DNA from: Auanema rhodensis
Lineage: Eukaryota > Animalia > Nematoda
Direction of reading: 5' to 3'
DNA length: 64,000 bases
Assembly (NCBI GenBank): GCA_964057225.1
Contig: OZ059895.1
Coordinates: forward strand, 22,382,001-22,446,000
In this document: one piece after another, positions 43,501-57,400 of the stretch
Numbering within the stretch: position 1 is the first letter of the stretch
Layout: each line of letters begins with the position of its first letter
Translations under genes and position numbers: made by a program
The notes under the pieces: model-generated
The model's input: only the letters and a program-made list of their open reading frames with translations
The model's database searches: none
Told to the model about the DNA's origin: nothing

Positions 43501-46500
43501 TAACCATGACTTTGAAATTTACGTGAACTTTAATTTATGCTAATTAAGTGTACACGTGATGTGCACTCGGTATGTAACTCGCTTCACGTGAAATATGAAG
43601 AGATGCGGTTTTCAAAATTAGATTCCCCATGTCCATATTAGTCTAAAAACAAATTTTTTTTAATATTGGTGCTTGGTAACCATGACTTTGAAATTTACGT
43701 GAACTTTAATTTATGCTAATTAAGTGAACACATGATGTGCACTTGGTATGTAACTCGCTTCACGTGAAAGATAGAGAGATGCGGTTTTCAAAATAGATTC
43801 CCCATGTCCATATTAGTCTAAAAACGAATTTTTATTGATATTGATTCATGGTAACCATGACTTTGAAAATTACGTGAACTTTAATTTATGCTAATTAAGT
43901 GAACACATGATGTGCACTTGGTATGTAACTCGCTTTACGTGAAAGATAAAGAGATGTGGTTTTCAAAATAGATTCCCCATGTCCATATTAGTCTAAAAAC
44001 GAATTTTTATTGATATTGATTCATGGTAACCATGACTTTGAAAATTACGTGAACTTTAATTTATGCTTATTAAGTGTGCACGTGATGTGCACTTGGTATG
44101 TAACTCGCTTCACGTGAAAGATAAAGGGATGCGGTTTTCAAAATTAGATTCCCCATGTCCATATTAGTCTAAAAACAAATTTTTATTAATATTGGTGCAT
44201 GGTAACCATGACTTTGAAATTTACGTGAACTTTAATTTATGCTAATTAAGTGTACACATGATGTGCGCTTGGTATGTAACTCGCTTCACGTGAAAGATAA
44301 AGAGATGCGGTTTTCAAAATTAGATTTCGCATGTCCATATTAGTCTAAAAACAAATTTTTATTGATATTGGTGCATGGTAACCATGACTTTGAAATTTAC
44401 GTGAACTTTAATTTATGCTAATTAAGTGTACACATGATGTGCGCTTGGTATGTAACTCGCTTCACGTGAAAGATAAAGAGATGTGGTTTTCAAAATAGAT
44501 TCTCCATGTCCATATTAGTCTAAAAACGAATTTTTATTGATATTGATTCATGGTAACCATGACTTTGAAAATTACGTGAACTTTAATTTATGCTTATTAA
44601 GTGTACACGTGATGTGCACTTGGTGTGTAACTCGCTTCACGTGAAAGATAAAGGGATGCGGTTTTCAAAATTAGATTCCCCATGTCCATATTAGTCTAAA
44701 AACAAATTTTTATTAATATTGGTGCATGGTAACCATGACTTTGAAATTTACGTGAACTTTAATTTATGCTAATTAAGTGTACACATGATGTGCGCTTGGT
44801 ATGTAACTCGCTTCACGTGAAAGATAAAGAGATGCGGTTTTCAAAATTAGATTTCGCATGTCCATATTAGTCTAAAAACAATTTTTTATTGATATTGGTG
44901 CATGGTAACCATGACTTTAAAATTTACGTGAACTTTAATTTATGCTAATTAAGTGTACACATGATGTGCGCTTGGTGTGTAACTCGCTTCACGTGAAAGA
45001 TAAAGAGATGCGGTTTTCAAAATTAGATTCCTCATGTCCATATTAGTCTAAAAACGAATTTTTATTGATATTGATTCATGGTAACTATGACTTTGAAATT
45101 TACGTGAACTTTAATTTATGCTAATTAAGTGTACACATGATGTGCACTTGGTATGTAACTCGCTTCACGTCAACGATAAAGAGATGCGGTTTTCAAAATT
45201 AGATTCCCCATGTCCATATTAGTCTAAAAACAAATTTTTATTAATATTGGTGCATGGTAACCATGACTTTGAAATTTACGTGAACTTTAATTTATGCTAA
45301 TTAAGTGTACACATGATGTGCACTTGGTATGTAAAACGCTTCACGTCAAAGATAAAGAGATGCGGTTTTCCAAATTAGATTCCCCATGTCCATATCAGTT
45401 CAAAAACAAATTTTTGTTGATATTGGTGGATGGTAACCATGACTTTGAAATTTACGTGAACTTTAATTTATGCTAATTAAGTGTACACATGATGTGCGCT
45501 TGGTATGTAACTCGCTTCACGTGAAAGATAAAGGGATGCGGTTTTCAAAATTAGATTCCCCATGTCCATATTAGTCTAAAAACAAATTTTTATTAATATT
45601 GGTGCATGGTAACCATGACTTTGAAATTTACGTGAACTTTAATTTATGCTTATTAAGTGTACACGTGATGTGCACTTGGTATGTAACTTGCTTCACGTGA
45701 AAGATAAAGGGATGCGGTTTTCAAAATTAGATTCCCCATGTCCATATTAGTCTAAAAACAAATTTTTATTAATATTGGTGCATGGTAACCATGACTTTGA
45801 AATTTACGTGAACTTTAATTTATGCTAATTAAGTGTACACATGATGTGCGCTTGGTATGTAACTCGCTTCACGTGAAAGATAAAGGGATGCGGTTTTCAA
45901 AATTAGATTCCCCATGTCCATATTAGTCTAAAAACAAATTTTTATTAATATTGGTGCATGGTAACCATGACTTTGAAATTTACGTGAACTTTAATTTATG
46001 CTAATTAAGTGTACACATGATGTGCGCTTGGTATGTAACTCGCTTCACGTGAAAGATAAAGAGATGCGGTTTTCAAAATTAGATTTCGCATGTCCATATT
46101 AGTCTAAAAACAAATTTTTATTGATATTGGTGCATGGTAACCATGACTTTGAAATTTACGTGAACTTTAATTTATGCTAATTAAGTGTACACATGATGTG
46201 CGCTTGGTATGTAACTCGCTTCACGTGAAAGATAAAGAGATGTGGTTTTCAAAATAGATTCCCCATGTCCATATTAGTCTAAAAACAATTTTTTATTGAT
46301 ATTGGTGCATGGTAACCATGACTTTAAAATTTACGTGAACTTTAATTTATGCTAATTAAGTGTACACATGATGTGCGCTTGGTGTGTAACTCGCTTCACG
46401 TGAAAGATAAAGAGATGCGGTTTTCAAAATTAGATTCCTCATGTCCATATTAGTCTAAAAACGAATTTTTATTGATATTGATGCATGGTAACTATGACTT

Positions 46501-49500
46501 TGAAATTTACGTGAACTTTAATTTATGCTAATTAAGTGTACACATGATGTGCACTTGGTATGTAACTCGCTTCACGTCAACGATAAAGAGATGCGGTTTT
46601 CAAAATTAGATTCCCCATGTCCATATTAGTCTAAAAACAAATTTTTATTAATATTGGTGCATGGTAACCATGACTTTGAAATTTACGTGAACTTTAATTT
46701 ATGCTAATTAAGTGTACACATGATGTGCACTTGGTATGTAAAACGCTTCACGTCAAAGATAAAGAGATGCGGTTTTCCAAATTAGATTCCCCATGTCCAT
46801 ATCAGTTCAAAAACAAATTTTTGTTGATATTGGTGGATGGTAACCATGACTTTGAAATTTACGTGAACTTTAATTTATGCTAATTAAGTGTACACATGAT
46901 GTGCGCTTGGTATGTAACTCGCTTCACGTGAAAGATAAAGGGATGCGGTTTTCAAAATTAGATTCCCCATGTCCATATTAGTCTAAAAACAAATTTTTAT
47001 TAATATTGGTGCATGGTAACCATGACTTTGAAATTTACGTGAACTTTAATTTATGCTAATTAAGTGTACACATGATGTGCGCTTGGTATGTAACTCGCTT
47101 CACGTGAAAGATAAAGAGATGTGGTTTTCAAAATAGATTCCCCATGTCCATATTAGTCTAAAAACAATTTTTTATTGATATTGGTGCATGGTAACCATGA
47201 CTTTAAAATTTACGTGAACTTTAATTTATGCTAATTAAGTGTACACATGATGTGCGCTTGGTGTGTAACTCGCTTCACGTGAAAGATAAAGAGATGCGGT
47301 TTTCAAAATTAGATTCCTCATGTCCATATTAGTCTAAAAACGAATTTTTATTGATATTGATGCATGGTAACTATGACTTTGAAATTTACGTGAACTTTAA
47401 TTTATGCTAATTAAGTGTACACATGATGTGCACTTGGTATGTAACTCGCTTCACGTCAACGATAAAGAGATGCGGTTTTCAAAATTAGATTCCCCATGTC
47501 CATATTAGTCTAAAAACAAATTTTTATTAATATTGGTGCATGGTAACCATGACTTTGAAATTTACGTGAACTTTAATTTATGCTAATTAAGTGTACACAT
47601 GATGTGCACTTGGTATGTAAAACGCTTCACGTCAAAGATAAAGAGATGCGGTTTTCCAAATTAGATTCCCCATGTCCATATCAGTTCAAAAACAAATTTT
47701 TGTTGATATTGGTGGATGGTAACCATGACTTTGAAATTTACGTGAACTTTAATTTATGCTAATTAAGTGTACACATGATGTGCGCTTGGTATGTAACTCG
47801 CTTCACGTGAAAGATAAAGGGATGCGGTTTTCAAAATTAGATTCCCCATGTCCATATTAGTCTAAAAACAAATTTTTATTAATATTGGTGCATGGTAACC
47901 ATGACTTTGAAATTTACGTGAACTTTAATTTATGCTTATTAAGTGTACACGTGATGTGCACTTGGTATGTAACTTGCTTCACGTGAAAGATAAAGGGATG
48001 CGGTTTTCAAAATTAGATTCCCCATGTCCATATTAGTCTAAAAACAAATTTTTATTAATATTGGTGCATGGTAACCATGACTTTGAAATTTACGTGAACT
48101 TTAATTTATGCTAATTAAGTGTACACATGATGTGCGCTTGGTATGTAACTCGCTTCACGTGAAAGATAAAGGGATGCGGTTTTCAAAATTAGATTCCCCA
48201 TGTCCATATTAGTCTAAAAACAAATTTTTATTAATATTGGTGCATGGTAACCATGACTTTGAAATTTACGTGAACTTTAATTTATGCTAATTAAGTGTAC
48301 ACATGATGTGCGCTTGGTATGTAACTCGCTTCACGTGAAAGATAAAGGGATGCGGTTTTCAAAATTAGATTCCCCATTTCCATATTAGTCTAAAAACAAA
48401 TTTTTATTAATATTGGTGCATGGTAACCATGACTTTGAAATTTACGTGAACTTTAATTTATGCTAATTAAGTGTACACATGATGTGCGCTTGGTATGTAA
48501 CTCGCTTCACGTGAAAGATAAAGAGATGCGGTTTTCAAAATTAGATTTCGCATGTCCATATTAGTCTAAAAACAAATTTTTATTGATATTGGTGCATGGT
48601 AACCATGACTTTGAAATTTACGTGAACTTTAATTTATGCTAATTAAGTGTACACATGATGTGCGCTTGGTATGTAACTCGCTTCACGTGAAAGATAAAGA
48701 GATATGGTTTTCAAAATAGATTCCCCATGTCCATATTAGTCTAAAAACGAATTTTTATTGATATTGATTCATGGTAACCATGACTTTGAAAATTACGTGA
48801 ACTTTAATTTATGCTTATTAAGTGTACACGTGATGTGCACTTGGTATGTAACTCGCTTCACGTGAAAGATAAAGGGATGCGGTTTTCAAAATTAGATTCC
48901 CCATGTCCATATTAGTCTAAAAACAAATTTTTATTAATATTGGTGCATGGTAACCATGACTTTGAAATTTACGTGAACTTTAATTTATGCTTATTAAGTG
49001 TACACGTGATGTGCACTTGGTATGTAACTTGCTTCACGTGAAAGATAAAGGGATGCGGTTTTCAAAATTAGATTCCCCATGTCCATATTAGTCTAAAAAC
49101 GAATTTTTATTGATATTGATGCATGGTAACCATGACTTTGAAATTTACGTGAACTTTAATTTATGCTAATTAAGTGTACACATGATGTGCACTTGGTATG
49201 TAACTCGCTTCACGTCAACGATAAAGAGATGCGGTTTTCAAAATTAGATTCCCCATGTCCATATTAGTCTAAAAACAAATTTTTATTAATATTGGTGCAT
49301 GGTAACCATGACTTTGAAATTTACGTGAACTTTAATTTATGCTAATTAAGTGTACACATGATGTGCACTTGGTATGTAAAACGCTTCACGTCAAAGATAA
49401 AGAGATGCGGTTTTCCAAATTAGATTCCCCATGTCCATATCAGTTCAAAAACAAATTTTTGTTGATATTGGTGGATGGTAACCATGACTTTGAAATTTAC

Positions 49501-50570
49501 GTGAACTTTAATTTATGCTAATTAAGTGTACACATGATGTGCGCTTGGTATGTAACTCGCTTCACGTGAAAGATAAAGGGATGCGGTTTTCAAAATTAGA
49601 TTCCCCATGTCCATATTAGTCTAAAAACAAATTTTTATTAATATTGGTGCATGGTAACCATGACTTTGAAATTTACGTGAACTTTAATTTATGCTTATTA
49701 AGTGTACACGTGATGTGCACTTGGTATGTAACTTGCTTCACGTGAAAGATAAAGGGATGCGGTTTTCAAAATTAGATTCCCCATGTCCATATTAGTCTAA
49801 AAACAAATTTTTATTAATATTGGTGCATGGTAACCATGACTTTGAAATTTACGTGAACTTTAATTTATGCTAATTAAGTGTACACATGATGTGCGCTTGG
49901 TATGTAACTCGCTTCACGTGAAAGATAAAGAGATGCGGTTTTCAAAATTAGATTCCCCATTTCCATGTTAATCTAAAAACAAGTTTTTATTAATATTGGT
50001 GCATGGTAACCATGACTTTGAAATTTACGTGAACTTTAATTTATGCTAATTAAGTGTACACATGATGTGCGCTTCGTATGTAACTCGCTTCACGTGAAAG
50101 ATAAAGAGATGCGGTTTTCAAAATTAGATTCCTCATGTCCATACTAGTCTAAAAACGAATTTTTATTGATATTGATGCATGGTAACCATGACTTTGAAAT
50201 TTACGTGAACTTTAATTTATGCTTATTAAGTGTACACGTGATGTGCACTTGGTATGTAACTTGCTTCACGTGAAAGATAAAGGGATGCGGTTTTCAAAAT
50301 TAGATTCCCCATGTCCATACTAGTCTAAAAACGAATTTTTATTGATATTGATGCATGGTAACCATGACTTTGAAATTTACGTGAACTTTAATTTATGCTT
50401 ATTAAGTGTACACGTGATGTGCACTTGGTATGTAACTTGCTTCACGTGAAAGATAAAGGGATGCGGTTTTCAAAATTAGATTCCCCATGTCCATATTAGT
50501 CTAAAAACAAATTTTTGTTGATATTGGTGGATGGTAACCATGACTTTGAAAATTACGTGAACTTTAATTT
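28576..50570. repeat. ~10-12 kb imperfect super-repeat (two copies, junction near 40366)
   Basis: AATTTAAGTG at 28731/40521 (offset 11790). The same order follows in each copy: 177-bp run, T7 variant, GTGTGCAC, GGTGTG, marker monomer (33152/45294), GATATGG and CATGTTAATC...CAAGTT (~39935/~49964). Confidence 0.7.
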
Positions 50571-51455
50571 ATGCTTATTAAGTGTACACGTGATGTGCAC
50601 TTGGTATGTAACTCGCTTCACATGAAAGATAAAGGGATGCGGTTTTCAAAATTAGATTCCCCATGTCCATATTAGTCTAAAAACAAATTTTTATTAATAT
50701 TGGTGCAAGGTAACCATGACTTTGAAATTTACGTGAACTTTAATTTATGCTAATTAAGTGTACACATGATGTGCGCTTGGTATGTAACTCGCTTCACGTG
50801 AAAGATAAAGAGATGCGGTTTTCAAAATTAGATTCCCCATTTCGATATTAGTCTAAAAACAATATTTTATTGATATTGGTGCATGGCAACCATGACTTTA
50901 AAATTTACGTGAACTTTAATTTATGCTAATTAAGTGTACACATGATGTGCACTTGGTATGTAACTCGCTTCACGTCAAAGATAAAGAGATGCGGTTTTCA
51001 AAATTAGATTCCCCATGTCCATGTTAATCTAAAAACAAATTTTGATTAATATTGGTGCATGGTAACCATGACTTTGAAATTTACGTGAACTTTAATTTAT
51101 GCTAATTAAGTGTACACATGATGTGCGCTTGGTATGTAACTCGCTTCACGTGAAAGATAAAGAGATGCGGTTTTCAAAATTAGATTCCCCATGTCCATAT
51201 TAGTCTAAAAACGAATTTTTATTGATATTGATGCATGGTAACCATGACTTTGAAATTTACGTGAACTTTAAATTATGCTAATTAAGTGTACACGTGATGT
51301 GCACTCGGTATGTAACTTGCTTCACGTGAAAGATAAAGGGATATGGTTTTCAAAATAGATTCCCCATGTCCATATTAGTCTAAAAACAAATTTTTGTTGA
51401 TATTGGTGGATGGTAACCATGACTTTGTAATTTACGTGAACTTTAATTTATGCTA

Positions 51456-54400
51456 ATTAAGTGTACACGTGATGTGCACTTGGTATGTAACTCGCTTCAC
51501 GTGAAAGATAAAGAGATGCGGTTTTCAAAATTAGATTCCTCATGTCCATATTAGTCTAAAAACGAATTTTTATTGATATTGATGCATGGTAACCATGACT
51601 TTGAAATTTACGTGAACTTTAATTTATGCTAATTAAGTGTACACATGATGTGCACTTGGTATGTAACTCGCTTCACGTCAAAGACAAAGAGATGCGGTTT
51701 TCAAAATTAGATTCCCCATGTCCATATTAGTCTAAAAACAAATTTTTATTAATATTGGTGCATGGTAACCATGACTTTGAAATTTACGTGAACTTTAATT
51801 TATGCTAATTAAGTGTACACATGATGTGCGCTTGGTATGTAACTCGCTTCACGTGAAAGATAAAGGGATGCGGTTTTCAAAATTAGATTCCCCATGTCCA
51901 TATTAGTCTAAAAACAAATTTTTATTAATATTGGTGCATGGTAACCATGACTTTGAAATTTACGTGAACTTTAATTTATGCTTATTAAGTGTACACGTGA
52001 TGTGCACTTGGTATGTAACTTGCTTCACGTGAAAGATAAAGGGATGCGGTTTTCAAAATTAGATTCCCCATGTCCATATTAGTCTAAAAACAAATTTTTG
52101 TTGATATTGGTGGATGGTAACCATGACTTTGTAATTTACGTGAACTTTAATTTATGCTAATTAAGTGTACACGTGATGTGCACTTGGTATGTAACTCGCT
52201 TCACGTGAAAGATAAAGAGATGCGGTTTTCAAAATTAGATTCCTCATGTCCATATTAGTCTAAAAACGAATTTTTATTGATATTGATGCATGGTAACCAT
52301 GACTTTGAAATTTACGTGAACTTTAATTTATGCTAATTAAGTGTACACATGATGTGCACTTGGTATGTAACTCGCTTCACGTCAAAGACAAAGAGATGCG
52401 GTTTTCAAAATTAGATTCCCCATGTCCATATTAGTCTAAAAACAAATTTTTATTAATATTGGTGCATGGTAACCATGACTTTGAAATTTACGTGAACTTT
52501 AATTTATGCTAATTAAGTGTACACATGATGTGCGCTTGGTATGTAACTCGCTTCACGTGAAAGATAAAGGGATGCGGTTTTCAAAATTAGATTCCCCATG
52601 TCCATATTAGTCTAAAAACAAATTTTTATTAATATTGGTGCATGGTAACCATGACTTTGAAATTTACGTGAACTTTAATTTATGCTTATTAAGTGTACAC
52701 GTGATGTGCACTTGGTATGTAACTTGCTTCACGTGAAAGATAAAAGGATGCGGTTTTCAAAATTAGATTCCCCATGTCCATATTAGTCTAAAAACAAATT
52801 TTTATTAATATTGGTGCATGGTAACCATGACTTTGAAATTTACGTGAACTTTAATTTATGCTAATTAAGTGTACACATGATGTGCGCTTGGTATGTAACT
52901 CGCTTCACGTGAAAGATAAAGAGATGCGGTTTTCAAAATTAGATTCCCCATTTCCATGTTAATCTAAAAACAAGTTTTTATTAATATTGGTGCATGGTAA
53001 CCATGACTTTGAAATTTACGTGAACTTTAATTTATGCTAATTAAGTGTACACATGATGTGCGCTTGGTATGTAACTCGCTTCACGTGAAAGATAAAGAGA
53101 TGCGGTTTTCAAAATTAGATTCCTCATGTCCATACTAGTCTAAAAACGAATTTTTATTGATATTGATGCATGGTAACCATGACTTTGAAATTTACGTGAA
53201 CTTTAATTTATGCTTATTAAGTGTACACGTGATGTGCACTTGGTATGTAACTTGCTTCACGTGAAAGATAAAGGGATGCGGTTTTCAAAATTAGATTCCC
53301 CATGTCCATATTAGTCTAAAAACAAATTTTTGTTGATATTGGTGGATGGTAACCATGACTTTGAAAATTACGTGAACTTTAATTTATGCTTATTAAGTGA
53401 ACACATGATGTGCACTTGGTATGTAACTCGCTTCACGTGAAAGATAAAGAGATGTGGTTTTCAAAAAAGATTTCCCATGTCCATATTAGTCTAAAAACAA
53501 ATTTTTATTAATATTGGTGCAAGGTAACCATGACTTTGAAATTTACGTGAACTTTAATTTATGCTAATTAAGTGTACACATGATGTGCGCTTGGTATGTA
53601 ACTCGCTTCACGTGAAAGATAAAGAGATGCGGTTTTCAAAATTAGATTCCCCATTTCGATATTAGTCTAAAAACAATATTTTATTGATATTGGTGCATGG
53701 CAACCATGACTTTAAAATTTACGTGAACTTTAATTTATGCTAATTAAGTGTACACATGATGTGCACTTGGTATGTAACTCGCTTCACGTCAAAGATAAAG
53801 AGATGCGGTTTTCAAAATTAGATTCCCCATGTCCATATTAGTCTAAAAACGAATTTTTATTGATATTGATGCATGGTAACCATGACTTTGAAATTTACGT
53901 GAACTTTAAATTATGCTAATTAAGTGTACACGTGATGTGCACTCGGTATGTAACTTGCTTCACGTGAAAGATAAAGGGATGCGGTTTTCAAAATTAGATT
54001 CCCCATGTCCATATTAGTCTAAAAACAAATTTTTGTTGATATTGGTGGATGGTAACCATGACTTTGTAATTTACGTGAACTTTAATTTATGCTAATTAAG
54101 TGTACACGTGATGTGCACTTGGTATGTAACTCGCTTCACGTGAAAGATAAAGAGATGCGGTTTTCAAAATTAGATTCCTCATGTCCATATTAGTCTAAAA
54201 ACGAATTTTTATTGATATTGATGCATGGTAACCATGACTTTGAAATTTACGTGAACTTTATTTTATGCTAATTAAGTGTACACATGATGTGCGCTTGGTA
54301 TGTAACTCGCTTCACGTGAAAGATAAAGAGATGCGGTTTTCAAAATAGATTCCCCATGTCCATATTAGTCTAAAAACGAATTTTTATTGATATTGATTCA

Positions 54401-57400
54401 TGGTAACCATGACTTTGAAAATTACGTGAACTTTAATTTATGCTAATTAAGTGTACACATGATGTGCGCTTGGTATGTAACTCGCTTCACGTGAAAGATA
54501 AAGAGATGCGGTTTTCAAAATTAGATTCCCCATTTCGATATTAGTCTAAAAACAATATTTTATTGATATTGGTGCATGGCAACCATGACTTTAAAATTTA
54601 CGTGAACTTTAATTTATGCTAATTAAGTGTACACATGATGTGCACTTGGTATGTAACTCGCTTCACGTCAAAGATAAAGAGATGCGGTTTTCAAAATTAG
54701 ATTCCCCATGTCCATATTAGTCTAAAAACGAATTTTCATTGATATTGATGCATGGTAACCATGACTTTGAAATTTACGTGAACTTTAAATTATGCTAATT
54801 AAGTGTACACGTGATGTGCACTCGGTATGTAACTTGCTTCACGTGAAAGATAAAGGGATGCGGTTTTCAAAATTAGATTCCCCATGTCCATATTAGTCTA
54901 AAAACAAATTTTTGTTGATATTGGTGGATGGTAACCATGACTTTGTAATTTACGTGAACTTTAATTTATGCTAATTAAGTGTACACGTGATGTGCACTTG
55001 GTATGTAACTCGCTTCACGTGAAAGATAAAGAGATGCGGTTTTCAAAATTAGATTCCTCATGTCCATATTAGTCTAAAAACGAATTTTTATTGATATTGA
55101 TGCATGGTAACCATGACTTTGAAATTTACGTGAACTTTAATTTATGCTAATTAAGTGTACACATGATGTGCACTTGGTATGTAACTCGCTTCACGTCAAA
55201 GACAAAGAGATGCGGTTTTCAAAATTAGATTCCCCATGTCCATGTTAGTCTAAAAACAAATTTTTATTAATATTGGTGCATGGTAACCATGACTTTGAAA
55301 TTTACGTGAACTTTAATTTATGCTAATTAAGTGTACACATGATGTGCGCTTGGTATGTAACTCGCTTCACGTGAAAGATAAAGAGATGCGGTTTTCAAAA
55401 TTAGATTCCTCATGTCCATACTAGTCTAAAAACGAATTTTTATTGATATTGATGCATGGTAACCATGATTTTGAAATTTACGTGAACTTTAATTTATGCT
55501 TATTAATTGTACACGTGATGTGCACTTGGTATGTAACTTGCTTCACGTGAAAGATAAAGGGATGCGGTTTGCAAAATTAGATTCCCCATGTCCATATTAG
55601 TCTAAAAACAAATTTTTGTTGATATTGGTGGATGGTAACCATGACTTTGTAATTTACGTGAACTTTAATTTATGCTAATTAAGTGTACACGTGATGTGCA
55701 CTTGGTATGTAACTCGCTTCACGTGAAAGATAAAGAGATGCGGTTTTCAAAATTGGATTCCTCATGTCCATATTAGTCTAAAAACGAATTTTTATTGATA
55801 TTGATGCATGGTAACCATGACTTTGAAATTTACGTGAACTTTAATTTATGCTTATTAAGTGTACACGTGATGTGCACTTGGTATGTAACTCGCTTCACGT
55901 GAAAGATAAAGAGATGCGGTTTTCAAAATTAGATTCCTCATGTCCATATTAGTCTAAAAACGAATTTTTATTGATATTGATGCATGGTAACCATGACTTT
56001 GAAATTTACGTGAACTTTAATTTATGCTAATTAAGTGTACACATGATGTGCACTTGGTATGTAACTCGCTTCACGTCAAAGACAAAGAGATGCGGTTTTC
56101 AAAATTAGATTCCCCATGTCCATATTAGTCTAAAAACAAATTTTTATTAATATTGGTGCATGGTAACCATGACTTTGAAATTTACGTGAACTTTAATTTA
56201 TGCTAATTAAGTGTACACATGATGTGCGCTTGGTATGTAACTCGCTTCACGTGAAAGATAAAGGGATGCGGTTTTCAAAATTAGATTCCCCATGTCCATA
56301 TTAGTCTAAAAACAAATTTTTATTAATATTGGTGCATGGTAACCATGACTTTGAAATTTACGTGAACTTTAATTTATGCTTATTAAGTGTACACGTGATG
56401 TGCACTTGGTATGTAACTTGCTTCACGTGAAAGATAAAGGGATGCGGTTTTCAAAATTAGATTCCCCATGTCCATATTAGTCTAAAAACAAATTTTTGTT
56501 GATATTGGTGGATGGTAACCATGACTTTGTAATTTACGTGAACTTTAATTTATGCTAATTAAGTGTACACGTGATGTGCACTTGGTATGTAACTCGCTTC
56601 ACGTGAAAGATAAAGAGATGCGGTTTTCAAAATTAGATTCCTCATGTCCATATTAGTCTAAAAACGAATTTTTATTGATATTGATGCATGGTAACCATGA
56701 CTTTGAAATTTACGTGAACTTTAATTTATGCTAATTAAGTGTACACATGATGTGCACTTGGTATGTAACTCGCTTCACGTCAAAGACAAAGAGATGCGGT
56801 TTTCAAAATTAGATTCCCCATGTCCATATTAGTCTAAAAACAAATTTTTATTAATATTGGTGCATGGTAACCATGACTTTGAAATTTACGTGAACTTTAA
56901 TTTATGCTAATTAAGTGTACACATGATGTGCGCTTGGTATGTAACTCGCTTCACGTGAAAGATAAAGGGATGCGGTTTTCAAAATTAGATTCCCCATGTC
57001 CATATTAGTCTAAAAACAAATTTTTATTAATATTGGTGCATGGTAACCATGACTTTGAAATTTACGTGAACTTTAATTTATGCTTATTAAGTGTACACGT
57101 GATGTGCACTTGGTATGTAACTTGCTTCACGTGAAAGATAAAAGGATGCGGTTTTCAAAATTAGATTCCCCATGTCCATATTAGTCTAAAAACAAATTTT
57201 TATTAATATTGGTGCATGGTAACCATGACTTTGAAATTTACGTGAACTTTAATTTATGCTAATTAAGTGTACACATGATGTGCGCTTGGTATGTAACTCG
57301 CTTCACGTGAAAGATAAAGAGATGCGGTTTTCAAAATTAGATTCCCCATTTCCATGTTAATCTAAAAACAAGTTTTTATTAATATTGGTGCATGGTAACC

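Noticed and set aside
7285-49521. 19 near-identical 60-aa ORFs (MLIKCTHD...NFNLC) as a multicopy gene family
   Set aside because: Each is one satellite monomer in which TAG became CAG, ending at the TAA 7 nt into the next monomer. Most of the ~364 monomers keep the stop. There is no recognisable domain or gene context. Ribo-seq or proteomics evidence would be needed to revive the idea.
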